Position numbers and translations under genes: made by a program. 64,000 bases of DNA from Phycisphaeraceae bacterium (lineage in GTDB: Bacteria; Planctomycetota; Phycisphaerae; Phycisphaerales; Phycisphaeraceae). Positions 1 to 10,589 of the stretch are shown in pieces. The stretch spans positions 5,248,001-5,312,000 of the forward strand of contig OY771506.1 in the NCBI GenBank assembly GCA_963674705.1. The letters are read 5' to 3'. Under the pieces are notes generated by a model, which searched no databases, was not told where the DNA came from, and saw only the letters and a program-made list of their open reading frames with translations. The first letter of the stretch is position 1, and each line of letters begins with the position of its first letter.

Positions 1-600
1 ACGACCACTTGGTTCAGCTTCACCATTCACATAGTAACCATCGTCCTGAAGATGCAATTCCTGCGGGACAAAGTTAAATGAAGTGGTATTCTCGATGGGC
101 GCTTCGGTAAGATTTATTCTGCATAGACCATTGTCATTGATCATACGCATCATAGTCAGAAAGTGTTTTTTAGTGTTTGATGTCATCTGCGGTATGCGAT
201 CAGAATCAACGGTGATAACATCTACAATCTCTTTACAAGCATCGCGTACTGTAGGTGTCACCTGATTCAGTAACTTGTTTATGGCATCAACACCACGATC
301 AAAAAGCGGATGCCCCGTGCACTTGAGAGCATATTTATGGACCATCAGCAATCCGAGTATCTCGCTTGTGCTTAAATCCGTTGTCGGAATTGTCATGTTA
401 GTGTCCATACGATATTCGCCCCGATTTGAGCATATTGGTTTGAGACCAATATCTGACAAGCATTTCATGTCCCGGAACAGAGTTCTGCGGCTGATTTGCA
501 GCTGATGGATTAGATCCTGGATGGTGAGGCCATTGCTGTTTTGTATCAGCATTGCTAACCGCAACAGGCGAGTGATCCGGGATGCGCGAGTGGAATCCAT
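1..600 (-). CDS. WYL-domain transcriptional regulator (YafY/PafBC-like), 3' end outside window
   Basis: Hand translation from ATG at 600 is open to base 1: MDSTRASRITRLLRLAMLIQNSNGLTIQDLIHQLQISRRTLFRDMKCL (winged HTH), IPTTDLSTSEILGL linker, and FVPQELHLQDDGYYVNG (WYL-like). Absent from the ORF track because it runs off the edge. Confidence 0.8.
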   Translation of the reverse strand, partial: MDSTRASRITRLLRLAMLIQNSNGLTIQDLIHQLQISRRTLFRDMKCLSDIGLKPICSNRGEYRMDTNMTIPTTDLSTSEILGLLMVHKYALKCTGHPLFDRGVDAINKLLNQVTPTVRDACKEIVDVITVDSDRIPQMTSNTKKHFLTMMRMINDNGLCRINLTEAPIENTTSFNFVPQELHLQDDGYYVNGEAEPSGR

Positions 601-708
601 AATCTAACTTTTGGTATGACGAAAGACATGAACTAAATGAAAATGGGGGGCACCTGAGGCTGGGCGAAGGGGGATAAGCCCATCTGATCCTGCAGGGCCC
701 CCCGGTGG

Positions 709-1071
709 CTATGTTGTGGATACGATTGCTTGTCCCGAGCTGCAGTCCTTTGAACTTCCATTCCAAAGGCAGTACGTCCCGGTCGGATCATCAGAAGGTT
801 CTCCGAGCCGGAAGTTAGTAATGCCTTGGCAACCGGATGGTGTAGAACCGTAATTAATGATTTGTAGTGCCCAAGATTGGTCCCCCCCTTCACTGATTGA
901 GTACAGATTAACTAATGTAAAGTCACCACTGCTTCCGCTATAAACTGAATCGCTGACTTTGCTTAATGTCTGTTGTCCCTGACACGGAGAAATAACAGAT
1001 AAGAGCAGCGTGTCCGGAAGCGCTCCCAATCCCTCTCGATTACGCAAAATGGTACTCTCTAAGACATCCAT
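709..1071 (-). CDS. Hypothetical protein, 120 aa
   Basis: ATG-started ORF upstream of and co-oriented with the WYL gene; no recognisable motif. Confidence 0.4.
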   Translation of the reverse strand: MDVLESTILRNREGLGALPDTLLLSVISPCQGQQTLSKVSDSVYSGSSGDFTLVNLYSISEGGDQSWALQIINYGSTPSGCQGITNFRLGEPSDDPTGTYCLWNGSSKDCSSGQAIVSTT

Positions 1072-1287
1072 AGGTACTAACCCTTAAAAATATTAATATG
1101 TTGATGTGAAGCCAGTTATAACCATTTATAACCATCTGCCCCTTTACACAGGGCAGATATTTCGCTAGTATCCCCCTTCGCGAAATAGCCGTGTCCATAA
1201 GTGAATACGCATGCATTTACGGCATCTTGCGCAGGTAGGGAGAAATGGGCTTGTGTTTCTTCTTTTCTCTTATCTGCGAGGTGGAAC

Positions 1288-1950
1288 ATGTCGTGTCGGA
1301 TTGCTCATATCCCACTGATCCTGCTACTTCTAGTGATTACTCTTCAATCTACGCAAGGTGCGATTATCACCGAGTTGTCCGCGATGCGCGGGCCTGTTCA
1401 GGATGGTGTTGCACTACCCCTGGCAATACCGACAACTTATGTCGGTAATGACGAGGTTGAGTTCAATGTGAACTTTTCTCAACCGTTTGTGGTTTTGGGA
1501 ATTACAGCAAGCATTCCCAAAGTGCAGTTTCTGTTCTATGTTGATGTTTCCGAAGCCGGTGGTACGACAGAGTATTTTTTCAACTTTGCATATCAGAACC
1601 ACACAGGTATTACATGGACCGATCTGTATTACACTATTTCTGCAGAATCATTAACAGGTACTCCAATAGTCGTACCGGGTTTAGACTTTGACTGGCCGGA
1701 CAAAACGGCGCTTGGGATGTCATCCCTCAATTTTGCCTATGTGGACCATCAAGAGACAATACTGCATTGGTATGGAGGTCAAGTAGTCGATCCGACAATT
1801 GATACGACGCTTGTACCTGTCGATGTACCGGATTTCTCTGAAGATTACTACATGGTCATCACGCTTGAAGTACCCGAACCATCAGCATTCACTGCCTTAA
1901 TGGTCATGGCGGGGGCTTGTGTGTACAGAAGGCAGATCCGGCTGAGCTAA
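1288..1950 (+). CDS. PEP-CTERM surface protein
   Basis: Signal peptide ([18 protein letters not shown]) after ATG 1288; C-terminal [22 protein letters not shown]. Confidence 0.85.
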   Translation: MSCRIAHIPLILLLLVITLQSTQGAIITELSAMRGPVQDGVALPLAIPTTYVGNDEVEFNVNFSQPFVVLGITASIPKVQFLFYVDVSEAGGTTEYFFNFAYQNHTGITWTDLYYTISAESLTGTPIVVPGLDFDWPDKTALGMSSLNFAYVDHQETILHWYGGQVVDPTIDTTLVPVDVPDFSEDYYMVITLEVPEPSAFTALMVMAGACVYRRQIRLS

Positions 1951-2666
1951 TGGTTGGCAAACCACGAGTAGTCTTGATCAGCATCAGATATGTTGTCCGA
2001 GAGTTCACTTAGGGTAAGTCGTACAACAGAACTGTCGGCGTAGACAATATTCGCGGCTTCCCGGCCATTGTGGTGCATGCCCACACCCCACGTGACACTC
2101 CTTGCATAGGATGTGATTGGCATATACTGGAAGGTCATAGCTGTTCTACCAAAATAGAACAGCTCGGGGTCTGCAAACCATGGATAGTCTGAGGGTTTCT
2201 GTATCTCGTATCGGCTTTTACCTTCATTTAACACGGTCGCGGTTGAGTTCCATATCGAGTTGATTGAATACCCCCAGGTAATGCCCGCAAATAGAACGGT
2301 GTCGTTCTGGTCAATTATCGATGGGCAGGCATTGAACGTAGGAGGTTCTTCCTCCGAAAGTACCGGTGCATCCCCATAAACATTATTCATCAAATGAATC
2401 CATGTAGGATTGTTGATGGGGTCTGATGAGGCGTGCCGCGTAAGTGGGATACGGTCTTTATTGTTGTCCAGTGCGATTTCCCAGAAGGTCTGTATTTGGC
2501 GCAGGTTTGACATACACAGCGTGGCACGTGCTGACTTCCTGGCCGCGCCCAGAGCAGGCAGAAGCAAGCTAAATAGAATCGCAATGATCGCTATCACCAC
2601 AAGTAATTCGATTAGCGTAAAACCGCCCACGATCGAATCGGATTGCCGTCTGTTAACACCCCTCAT
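1947..2666 (-). CDS. Prepilin N-terminal cleavage/methylation (DUF1559-like) protein
   Basis: [33 protein letters not shown], and C-terminal [16 protein letters not shown] (H-X9-DG variant). Confidence 0.9.
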   Translation of the reverse strand: MRGVNRRQSDSIVGGFTLIELLVVIAIIAILFSLLLPALGAARKSARATLCMSNLRQIQTFWEIALDNNKDRIPLTRHASSDPINNPTWIHLMNNVYGDAPVLSEEEPPTFNACPSIIDQNDTVLFAGITWGYSINSIWNSTATVLNEGKSRYEIQKPSDYPWFADPELFYFGRTAMTFQYMPITSYARSVTWGVGMHHNGREAANIVYADSSVVRLTLSELSDNISDADQDYSWFANH

Positions 2667-5596
2667 CGTGTACTCCAGCGGTAATAGCGATTCAATCCCA
2701 AGCCTATGACTTCCTCTCCGCTTTCAGTGAACTGTATTGTGGTAACAAGTCCTTCGATTTTGTCCTCAATGACATCCAGGACAAAGCCATGCTCCACTGA
2801 CCACACAGCAATTCGCTCGCCGGCTGTTATAAGGCGCTTCCCGTCAGGGGATAGTGCGAGTGATAGTATTGCACCAAGATCGCCCGCGCCCTCCATCCGC
2901 TTTTGCTCACCTGACACAACATCGATAACCGTCACTTCGTATTTACTGTCAACCGTTGCCACAATCGGAGATCGTCCGGCAACTGCCAGATAAATAATCG
3001 GATTACTGCCAAGCAGGTTGTTATACACCTGCCGTTTTAATTGAATATCTCTGACCTCAAGATAGTACTTCCCATCGGCATGCCTGATCATCACGATTTG
3101 TGGGTTGCTGGTACGAAGCCATTTTGCCGGCCCACGTCGATCAAACCAATGTACCGGATCGCCCCCGGCCTTTGGCCAGACAAGCACCTCTTGAGTGTTT
3201 GAGGCAACTATGAATGTACTGTGAGGCGAATAATCCAGCCAGAGTGCGGGCTGTAATGCCATCCGAATGGACTCAGAAGATAGTCTGTCTGCAAGAATAC
3301 TTACAAGCGAGTCGTTGTCAGCTACAGCAATTTGATGTGTGCGGTTATCCACCGCAATCGCCGATGTCATGCTGGGAAATTCGAATTGATCTAGCAACTT
3401 GCCATCTGATCTTTCACACCCAGAATCGAGCACATAAATATCGTTGCCTTCATTTGCACACGCAATATGCATGCCGTCGCTACTGACCGCAGATACCAGT
3501 GCGTGGCCGGATGGCCACATGTTCATTTCATGGATACCCCAATTTGTTTCCCACTTTTTCAGGATTCCGTTCGTGTCGAGGGAGTAGAGCCTCTCGCCGC
3601 TAAGATCAAACTTCGTCTTTACTATTGGATCAGCATGCCCGTATACAGGGCGATATGAGTTATTGCGCAGATCGACAAGGTAAATCGTACCGCTACTTGT
3701 GCCAGCAGAAAGCATCCCGGCATTATTGCTTGATGAGAGTGACCCCGCTTCCACAGGAAGTTCCACAATGATGGTTCTGTCTGTAGGTGACGACAAATCA
3801 TAATCCATCACATATCCCCCGGTATAACCAACGAAAAGGTGGCCGCCAAGAGATGTCAATGACAATGGCGATTCCCTCTCGAACTCCGAATTGAACTCTG
3901 TAACTGACAGCTTGTGAAGATCAAGCACATTAAAAGAAGTGTCATACCAGATAAGTCTGTTTGCTTCGTGGTCGAAAGTGACTGGCCCCCAAACCGACAT
4001 GGCTTGCTGTGAATAGATAACAGAATTAACCGCCATGTCGTATATAAACATTTCATCCGAATTCTTCAGCAGGATATAGCGACCGTTGTCACTCACGCGT
4101 AATAACAGAGCACCAGTTTCTGCCAAAATACTCGGGGGGGTATTAAGTGACGTTTCACGGTTCACAAATACATAGCGCCCTGAGCCATCAATTCCTATGA
4201 TGTAGTTTGCGCTGGGGCTGATGAATACGGGAGACAAAGTATGTTCTAACGGCGTGTTAAGTACTGAATCGGTCTTGTCCGAAGTAACCTTGCCAACCCG
4301 GCCTGAGGTCAGGATATAAAAGACATCTCCCGTTGGACCAATATTGAAGTCACGGATCCGACTCGGACTAAACTTCCAGGTATTAACTGATTGATCGGTC
4401 AGTTGTGACAAATACTTCCATTCCCATTGCCTGTGCTGTGGTTCAGTTTCTTCCAGCAGGTGCCTGGCTAGCTGTAACTCATCAGATGTAATTCTTTCGT
4501 GGGCGGAACGCATTGTATCCCTGTATGACTCAGCGCCGCTGCGCGATAATCGGGCTTGATTTACGACCTCTCTCTGATAAAACGCATATGAAAATACAGC
4601 CACCAGAAGAGTAATGGTCGCCACCACAGTCGCGCATTGGCGTAGCAGTATTCGATTTCGTTTAGCCCACAATAGTGTACGGCGCGTGTAGGTGTATGAG
4701 CGTGCTGAAATGGGTCGAAGGTCTAGCCAGAGACGCAACTCCCGGGCTAAGGCGCCCCCATCAGAGTACCGAGCCGATGTAATATTTGAAGTAGCCTTCT
4801 CGATGATCTTAAGCAGATCCAAATATTGATACGTGTCGCAATCTCGATCTGCTCCCGTGATCAGCATCTGGAGCAATCTGCCTAAAGCATAAACGTCTGC
4901 GCGAGAGCCAATGCTGACATTGGTCCCAAACTGCTCTGGCGCTGCGTATCCACTTGTCCCCCCGATATATGCTTGGCATGAATTTAATTCACGAGAGCCT
5001 TCTATTGCACGGGCTAAGCCAAAATCGACGATGTGAGGTAGACCATCTTCGCTAATCAATACATTAGTCGGTTTTATGTCAAGATGAACGACACTGTTGT
5101 CGTGAGCGTAGCCGATAGCATCGCTAACTCGTGCCACAAGATCTACGACCTGGGTTAACTTAAGGTGCTTTGCATGGACAAAGGTGTCAATTGGACATCC
5201 TTCGATCAACTCCATGACGTAAAAATACTCAAGACGATCAAGCCCACTATCGAACACACGAACTATAGCCGGATGCCTGAGCTTTGCTGCTAATAGCACT
5301 TCTATATGGAACAGCGATGCCGCACTTGGTTTATTTAGTAATTCATGCTTGAGAGACTTTAAGGCGACGATTTGTCCAGTCCCTAATTGCTTAGCTTTCC
5401 ATACTGTCCCCATGCCCCCTTGGCCGATCTTGCTGAGAATGCTGTAACCCTCTTTGGCGGCGGGCTGTTGAATGGAGATGTATTCCGGCCCGACATCATC
5501 CAACGCTGACTCATCTGTGACAGCAAGAGCCATTCCCAGCAACTCACGTGCTGCCATATCAGATACGAGTTCAGATGGATCGTTGTATCTACTCAT
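2663..5596 (-). CDS. Membrane Ser/Thr protein kinase with C-terminal WD40/beta-propeller repeats
   Basis: [25 protein letters not shown] and GYAAPEQ kinase motifs; TM segment [27 protein letters not shown]...WD-like repeats. Confidence 0.92.
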   Translation of the reverse strand: MSRYNDPSELVSDMAARELLGMALAVTDESALDDVGPEYISIQQPAAKEGYSILSKIGQGGMGTVWKAKQLGTGQIVALKSLKHELLNKPSAASLFHIEVLLAAKLRHPAIVRVFDSGLDRLEYFYVMELIEGCPIDTFVHAKHLKLTQVVDLVARVSDAIGYAHDNSVVHLDIKPTNVLISEDGLPHIVDFGLARAIEGSRELNSCQAYIGGTSGYAAPEQFGTNVSIGSRADVYALGRLLQMLITGADRDCDTYQYLDLLKIIEKATSNITSARYSDGGALARELRLWLDLRPISARSYTYTRRTLLWAKRNRILLRQCATVVATITLLVAVFSYAFYQREVVNQARLSRSGAESYRDTMRSAHERITSDELQLARHLLEETEPQHRQWEWKYLSQLTDQSVNTWKFSPSRIRDFNIGPTGDVFYILTSGRVGKVTSDKTDSVLNTPLEHTLSPVFISPSANYIIGIDGSGRYVFVNRETSLNTPPSILAETGALLLRVSDNGRYILLKNSDEMFIYDMAVNSVIYSQQAMSVWGPVTFDHEANRLIWYDTSFNVLDLHKLSVTEFNSEFERESPLSLTSLGGHLFVGYTGGYVMDYDLSSPTDRTIIVELPVEAGSLSSSNNAGMLSAGTSSGTIYLVDLRNNSYRPVYGHADPIVKTKFDLSGERLYSLDTNGILKKWETNWGIHEMNMWPSGHALVSAVSSDGMHIACANEGNDIYVLDSGCERSDGKLLDQFEFPSMTSAIAVDNRTHQIAVADNDSLVSILADRLSSESIRMALQPALWLDYSPHSTFIVASNTQEVLVWPKAGGDPVHWFDRRGPAKWLRTSNPQIVMIRHADGKYYLEVRDIQLKRQVYNNLLGSNPIIYLAVAGRSPIVATVDSKYEVTVIDVVSGEQKRMEGAGDLGAILSLALSPDGKRLITAGERIAVWSVEHGFVLDVIEDKIEGLVTTIQFTESGEEVIGLGLNRYYRWSTR

Positions 5597-5644
5597 ATCG
5601 AATATCTAAGAACGCTATGGCTGGATAACAAAGCAAATAATCCA

Positions 5645-6370
5645 TTAACCGGTTGTAGGCCCTGAAAGTGCGATGAATAAGTCTTTGATTTCGTCCTCAA
5701 CTTCTCGTCCAGTAAAAACATACTCACTCAACACGTCTCGTACTACGCGGCCGAACATTCTCTTGCTGGTTACAAGCAAGTTGCTGACCTGTGAATTGGA
5801 TGATGAGCCAAACTCACGCACGATCTGACTGATCGGGACTGGTTTCTCATTGTTGAAGATTGGTTTCAGAAGCCTTGCATCAAACACTTCCCACAGATCA
5901 GGCCGATCCACTTGTATGCATTCAAGTTCCATTTGCTTGATAGCTAAAGACACTACCTGCTTCCCCCAGTCGCGATCAAAATCTCGGTCTGGGGTGTTTG
6001 TGTTTTCCGTAGCATCTTCTGCGATCGTACTCAGTGAAGCTATTGACTCTGGAGATCGATGAGAAGCATTACTACGTCTGATTCGGTCTCTTGCATAATT
6101 ACTTAAAACTGTTCTGATTAAGTTACGGAACCGACCCTGTGACTTATCGGCACGTTCAAGAAGATTGGAATCAAGTATTCGATCAGCCAAAAAATCATTC
6201 AGCAGATCATCTGCATCACTAGTTGCAGCAAGTCGATGCCGGACAATGTGACGCTTTAGTGCAGGACTATAGCGCGTGATGATCAGTTCAAGCGCGGCTC
6301 GTTTTTTGAGAGGATCGCCGGTTTCGACAGCCTCAAAGAGAGACCAGCGTGTTGTTGGAAACGGATCCAT
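5645..6370 (-). CDS. ECF sigma-70 factor of the planctomycete kinase-associated type
   Basis: N-terminal FPTTRWSL, DADDLLNDF, GRFRNLIRTVLSNY, FDRDWG; directly upstream of the kinase gene. Confidence 0.85.
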   Translation of the reverse strand: MDPFPTTRWSLFEAVETGDPLKKRAALELIITRYSPALKRHIVRHRLAATSDADDLLNDFLADRILDSNLLERADKSQGRFRNLIRTVLSNYARDRIRRSNASHRSPESIASLSTIAEDATENTNTPDRDFDRDWGKQVVSLAIKQMELECIQVDRPDLWEVFDARLLKPIFNNEKPVPISQIVREFGSSSNSQVSNLLVTSKRMFGRVVRDVLSEYVFTGREVEDEIKDLFIALSGPTTG

Positions 6371-6711
6371 TAATCTCCCAGCTGATGAAAATGTCTAAAC
6401 CTGCCAGAGCCAGAACAGCTTATTTTTGGCATTGGATAGCAATATCTATCACAAGCACTATAAAGACATTAGGGATTATTGCATAAGGGTTAACCCGGAG
6501 TCAAGAAGAAAAAACGCCCCGACCAGCACAAGGCCAGTCGGAGCGCTTCCGGGGGCAAGATATTTCGAACACAGTCTAGGCAAGTTCGAGGTTAAGTCAA
6601 TTATTCTCTGAGTGATTATGAAGAAATATAGATAGTGTCATCAGCAACTTGTGTAAAAAACTATTGGCACATCACTCAAGCAATGGGTACAAGATCATCA
6701 CCTACTTACAC

Positions 6712-7455
6712 TTATGTCGAATCATTTAGCATCATCGCGGCATCGATCATCAGGCCGGCGATCGTGTCGGCGGGAGCAAATCGGAAGGCATAGAACGCCG
6801 GCGAGAAGTCGCAGCCCGCAAGGAAACGGCCGGAGTTTGCCTCTTGTGCGCGTGTCGTGCTTTGATCCATCATGCGACGTGCTGCCGGCGGCAGGGTTAC
6901 GTGGACTTTCTCACAGTCGACACCCATGAACCAACCGGCCGGGCCGACATAGCTCATCACTTCATTAGTCTTCGCCTCGGTCATCGCACGCTGTGTCTCA
7001 TAGTCGAGGCCACACCAGAACAAGATCGCCGCCAAGCGTGCGGTGTTGTGGTCGTAGCCTTCGGCTGCTTCTTCGAATAGCTCGAGCGCCACACGGTGCA
7101 CTTCATACCATTGCTCCACCCAGTCATCAGGCCCGGGCTTCGGTGTCGGTGGCACGGCCCACGGCGATGTGTCGGGCTTTGGCGCCTGCTGATCCACCGG
7201 CAATGACTTGGGCACGTGCACCCGCACATCGTCATAGGCTCGATTCACAGCCTGCCTGAACCGGTCACGGTCAATCTCAGTGTCGATGTAGACGATGCGG
7301 TCCTGATGATCGATGGTGTAGTCGATCGGCTCGCCCATTGATTCGAGGTTCTTTGTCGGCTTGAGGGTGTACCCGTGGAGGGTGATGTCGATCGCCAGGT
7401 CTTCGGGGTCCCAATCCAGCGATGCGATGGGGATGTATTTGGGGTTGGGTTTCAT
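6712..7455 (-). CDS. Hypothetical protein, 247 aa
   Basis: Long ORF with Pro-rich linker, co-oriented downstream of 7546..8091. Confidence 0.65.
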   Translation of the reverse strand: MKPNPKYIPIASLDWDPEDLAIDITLHGYTLKPTKNLESMGEPIDYTIDHQDRIVYIDTEIDRDRFRQAVNRAYDDVRVHVPKSLPVDQQAPKPDTSPWAVPPTPKPGPDDWVEQWYEVHRVALELFEEAAEGYDHNTARLAAILFWCGLDYETQRAMTEAKTNEVMSYVGPAGWFMGVDCEKVHVTLPPAARRMMDQSTTRAQEANSGRFLAGCDFSPAFYAFRFAPADTIAGLMIDAAMMLNDST

Positions 7456-7545
7456 CCGTGTGCTCCGTTTCCAGTTCGGGTGTGGCGTGTGTTTAAAGAC
7501 CCCCGAGCCCCGGGGGAAGCTCCGGAGCCGGGGGCAATCAAAGAT

Positions 7546-8091
7546 TCAGTGGGTCAGGCGGTAGGTTTGTCCGTTCATCCTGATGGACACGATGCTGTCG
7601 ATGGCGATGGTGCGTTCGATCACTTCCCGGTCGATGCCCTGCCGACTGCCGGCCTTAGCGGGCATGAAGGGGTCGAGTTCTGCCGGGTCGATCAACTCGG
7701 CGGTGTCGATCGTCTCGAAACGCCGCCACAAGCAACGCTCAACCTTGACGCTCAAGTACGTCTTGCCCTTGTGCTCAACGATGGGCGTGCCGGGGATGCG
7801 TTCGCCCCACTGGCGGCTGCATGCCTGGAAGTCGCCGGCCTTCTCTTCACGGCCACGCTGGCGGTTCACCGCGGCTTCGTAGTCGTAGTTCAGCACGCCG
7901 TTCAGGGCCTGCACCTTGACGACGTTGCCGGCGTAGGGGTTGCCGGTCTTGCGGAGCCGGGGGTCGGTCCTGGTGGTGATGGTGACGATCCGCGTGCCGG
8001 TATTCACGGCCAGTTCTGCGAGAAGTTCATCGGCGGTCAGGGCCGGGGTTTCGGTCGCGGGCATCGTGATTGGGCTGGTCAGGGTTGTCAT
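7546..8091 (-). CDS. Conserved phage-type hypothetical protein
   Basis: TDPRLRKTGNPY...NYDYEAAVNRQRGRE...WGERIPGTPIVEHKGKTYL resembles an uncharacterised phage family (from recall); first gene after the leftward promoter. Confidence 0.7.
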   Translation of the reverse strand: MTTLTSPITMPATETPALTADELLAELAVNTGTRIVTITTRTDPRLRKTGNPYAGNVVKVQALNGVLNYDYEAAVNRQRGREEKAGDFQACSRQWGERIPGTPIVEHKGKTYLSVKVERCLWRRFETIDTAELIDPAELDPFMPAKAGSRQGIDREVIERTIAIDSIVSIRMNGQTYRLTH

Positions 8092-8135
8092 TTTCAGGCC
8101 TCTCGTATCAAGAGGTGATTCTTAACTCTACATAG

Positions 8136-8164
8136 AGTGTATCGGATACGATACACAATGTCAA
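8136..8164 (-). promoter_or_regulatory. Leftward sigma70 promoter overlapped by a palindromic operator
   Basis: Minus strand TTGACA (8164-8159), 17 nt spacer, TACACT (8141-8136); perfect palindrome GTGTATCG-GATA-CGATACAC at 8137-8156. Confidence 0.8.
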
Positions 8165-8211
8165 GGGTAAATATGTATGATTTTCGTATAATTTAACTAT
8201 TAATACGGCCG

Positions 8212-8240
8212 TTGCCGTATCGTATGCGATGCGGTACACT
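8212..8240 (+). promoter_or_regulatory. Rightward sigma70 promoter overlapped by a second operator
   Basis: TTGCCG (8212-8217), 17 nt spacer, TACACT (8235-8240); CCGTATCG-TATG-CGATGCGG at 8215-8234. Confidence 0.75.
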
Positions 8241-8271
8241 TATTGTGTGTATGGGGCCTGGAGAATCTCAG

Positions 8272-8499
8272 GTGAGTAGCGACATCCGACAGGCAATCCG
8301 CGACCGAATCGAAGCCAGGGGTTTCAACATCAGTGAGTTGGCCGATCGTGCCGGCTTTTCCCGCGTCACACTCAGCCGTTATCTGTCCGGCCAACAAGAC
8401 CTCACCACGGCCAAGCTGCAACCCTTGATTGATGTGCTGGGCCTTGAGCTACGCGCATCACGCGGCAGGCCATCTAAAAAATCAGGATCTGGAGGTTAA
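8272..8499 (+). CDS. XRE/Cro-C1 HTH regulator
   Basis: GTG start after GGAGA; NISELADRAGFSRVTLSRYLSGQQDLTTAKLQPLIDVLGLEL. Confidence 0.88.
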   Translation: MSSDIRQAIRDRIEARGFNISELADRAGFSRVTLSRYLSGQQDLTTAKLQPLIDVLGLELRASRGRPSKKSGSGG

Positions 8500-8501
8500 T
8501 T

Positions 8502-8720
8502 TTGCCAAGAGAATCAGATGAACCTGATCCTAAACCGTGGGCCTTGTTTGATGGATATCGCATTGGCCACGATGTCACAAAGCGCAGATTGGATGGCCAG
8601 GTTGATCGTCGTGCCAACAACACATACATCATTGTCGCCCAAGTCCTGCTGAAGGGTTCAGATGGCCAGCAGATGGCCAAAGAAATGGTTGATAAACTGA
8701 ATCGCGCCGATGGATTTTAG
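8502..8720 (+). CDS. Small hypothetical protein
   Basis: TTG start after GGAGG, immediately following the XRE stop. Confidence 0.55.
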   Translation: MPRESDEPDPKPWALFDGYRIGHDVTKRRLDGQVDRRANNTYIIVAQVLLKGSDGQQMAKEMVDKLNRADGF

Positions 8721-8859
8721 CTGTTAATCAACGAATGCTGCAGTTTGCATGAAGTACGCTTACTAAAGACGGTCGAGGAACGGACACCAGGACGCCCGCC
8801 AAAAGAGGAAGCATGAGCCTCGCCCCTCCAGCCAAGGCTTGCATGACCGACAGGATGAC

Positions 8860-9075
8860 ATGATGAGTGAGAGCAAGACTGTAGATCCGGCAAAGCGCAA
8901 ATACCTCAGGCCCGAAGAGGTCGCGGATTACTATCGCATCAGTGTCAAGACATTGAAACGTCGTCAGGGAAAAGACTTACCCCGTGGGCTAAAGGTGGGT
9001 GGTCAGTGGCGTTGGTGGGGACCGGCCATCCTTGAGTTTGACCGCCAGTTGCGGGAGAAAGCGGAACAGCGGTAA
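8860..9075 (+). CDS. Excisionase/AlpA-like HTH protein
   Basis: YLRPEEVADYYRISVKTLKR...LPRGLKVGGQWRW. Confidence 0.82.
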   Translation: MMSESKTVDPAKRKYLRPEEVADYYRISVKTLKRRQGKDLPRGLKVGGQWRWWGPAILEFDRQLREKAEQR

Positions 9076-9422
9076 CACCTCCACGGCCCCACATTAGCCG
9101 CCTAACGGCTCAGGCTCGCCGGCGGTTCATGGCCGGGATTGCTTGGGACGCGAGATTCTGGCAAGTAATCCATCCGATCACAGGCAATACAGGGAGGTGG
9201 GCCACCGACTTCTTGGCAGAGCCCGCCCCATTCACTTTTCCTTGCCCTTACCCCGCCCCATCGGTATCCTCAAGACTCACTTCTCCGGCTGATGTCTTCC
9301 CGGGGATCGCAGTAAACACTTGATTCGTATGGGGGCGATGTGTTGCGCCATGACGCACGAACACAATTCGGGTTCATTCATAGCTTTCTGACGAGGTCAC
9401 ATTCAACTTGATGAGGTGACGG

Positions 9423-10571
9423 ATGTTCCAATTCATCCTGGTCGTCCTGCTGGCGGTTTTCATATCTGCGACAGTTGTATTGGCGATCTTTGTGGCCGAG
9501 TTCTACGGCCGCGGCGGCAGGACCATCATCAGGCAGTGGCGTATCGCCCTATCAAAGCGTCGCCAGGTTAACGATGCTCTGAAACGCGCCAGCGCCGGCG
9601 AGGCTTATGCAGCCAGAACCATCCAAGAAAAACGTGTCATAGAACAAAAGATGGAGATGCTGGAGAAGAAAACAGAAGGTCGGCTTTCATGCATGGGCAG
9701 CTACATCATCTCAGAGCAATGTGGCGATCACATCAAGGGGATACGGGCAAACAACTATCACGCGAAAGAGAAGAAGATCCTTCGATCAATCGAGGTCGCC
9801 GCCAAGAACGGCTACCACCTGCCGAAGACTGAGCGCGAACAACTGAGCCGCATGCTCAAGCAAGCACACGATGAGGCGATACGGGCGGAGAAGGAAAAGG
9901 AACGCCAGGCGGAGATACGTGCACAGATGCGTGAGGAAGAGAAGCGGGAGCGTGAGTTCCAGCGTGCCATCAAAGAAGCTGAGAAGGAAAAGAATCTCAA
10001 GAAAGCAGCTCTTGAAGAAGCCATCCGGTTGCTCGGTGATCAGCACAGCGAAGAGGTTGACCGATTGAAAGCCGAACTCGCCGAAGCGGAGGCCAAGGCA
10101 GAACGAACCATCAGCATGGCGCAACAGACACGCGCCGGCCACATCTACATCATCAGCAACATCGGGAGCTTTGGAAAGAACGTGTTCAAGGTCGGCATGA
10201 CCAGACGGCTTGAGCCGATGGAGCGGGTCAAAGAACTTGGTGACGCATCCGTCCCCTTCTCATTCGACGTCCATGCCATGATCAGCTCGGACGACGCCCC
10301 TGCCTTGGAAACCCAATTACATCAGGACCTGGACAAGCACCGCGTGAACCGTGTGAATTATCGAAAAGAATTCTTCAGGGTCGACTTGAACACGATCATC
10401 CAGTGTGTTCGCAAAAGGCATGGCGAGGTTGAATATCAGGCCGACCCCGAAGCATTGGAGTATCTTGAGACACTGGCCCTGCTCGAAGGGGATGAGGATG
10501 TCGAGCAATTGATCGATCGTGATGCAGATTTGGTTGAAGAGGATATGCAGACTGACACAACAAAACGGTAA
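9423..10571 (+). CDS. DUF4041 plus T5orf172/MUG113 (GIY-YIG-like) protein with N-terminal membrane anchor
   Basis: N-terminal TM, coiled coil EKERQAEIRAQMREEEK, and GHIYIISNIGSFGKNVFKVGMTRRLEPMERVKELGDASVPFSFDVHAMI...RKEFF. Confidence 0.9.
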   Translation: MFQFILVVLLAVFISATVVLAIFVAEFYGRGGRTIIRQWRIALSKRRQVNDALKRASAGEAYAARTIQEKRVIEQKMEMLEKKTEGRLSCMGSYIISEQCGDHIKGIRANNYHAKEKKILRSIEVAAKNGYHLPKTEREQLSRMLKQAHDEAIRAEKEKERQAEIRAQMREEEKREREFQRAIKEAEKEKNLKKAALEEAIRLLGDQHSEEVDRLKAELAEAEAKAERTISMAQQTRAGHIYIISNIGSFGKNVFKVGMTRRLEPMERVKELGDASVPFSFDVHAMISSDDAPALETQLHQDLDKHRVNRVNYRKEFFRVDLNTIIQCVRKRHGEVEYQADPEALEYLETLALLEGDEDVEQLIDRDADLVEEDMQTDTTKR

Positions 10572-10589
10572 TATGCCTGGAGATTTGTT

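Noticed and set aside
398..766. 122 aa ORF from the ORF track
   Set aside because: Off-frame shadow of the WYL gene that starts at 600; no protein-like features.
6712..7455. ImmA/IrrE antirepressor protease call
   Set aside because: The N-terminal region is vaguely similar but there is no HEXXH motif.
7375..8118. 247 aa plus-strand ORF
   Set aside because: Antisense to 7546..8091, which has the promoter and a phage-like sequence.
9075..9330. C4 antisense RNA / Ash-like region after the Xis-like gene
   Set aside because: Position is suggestive but I could not find the conserved C4 motifs by eye.
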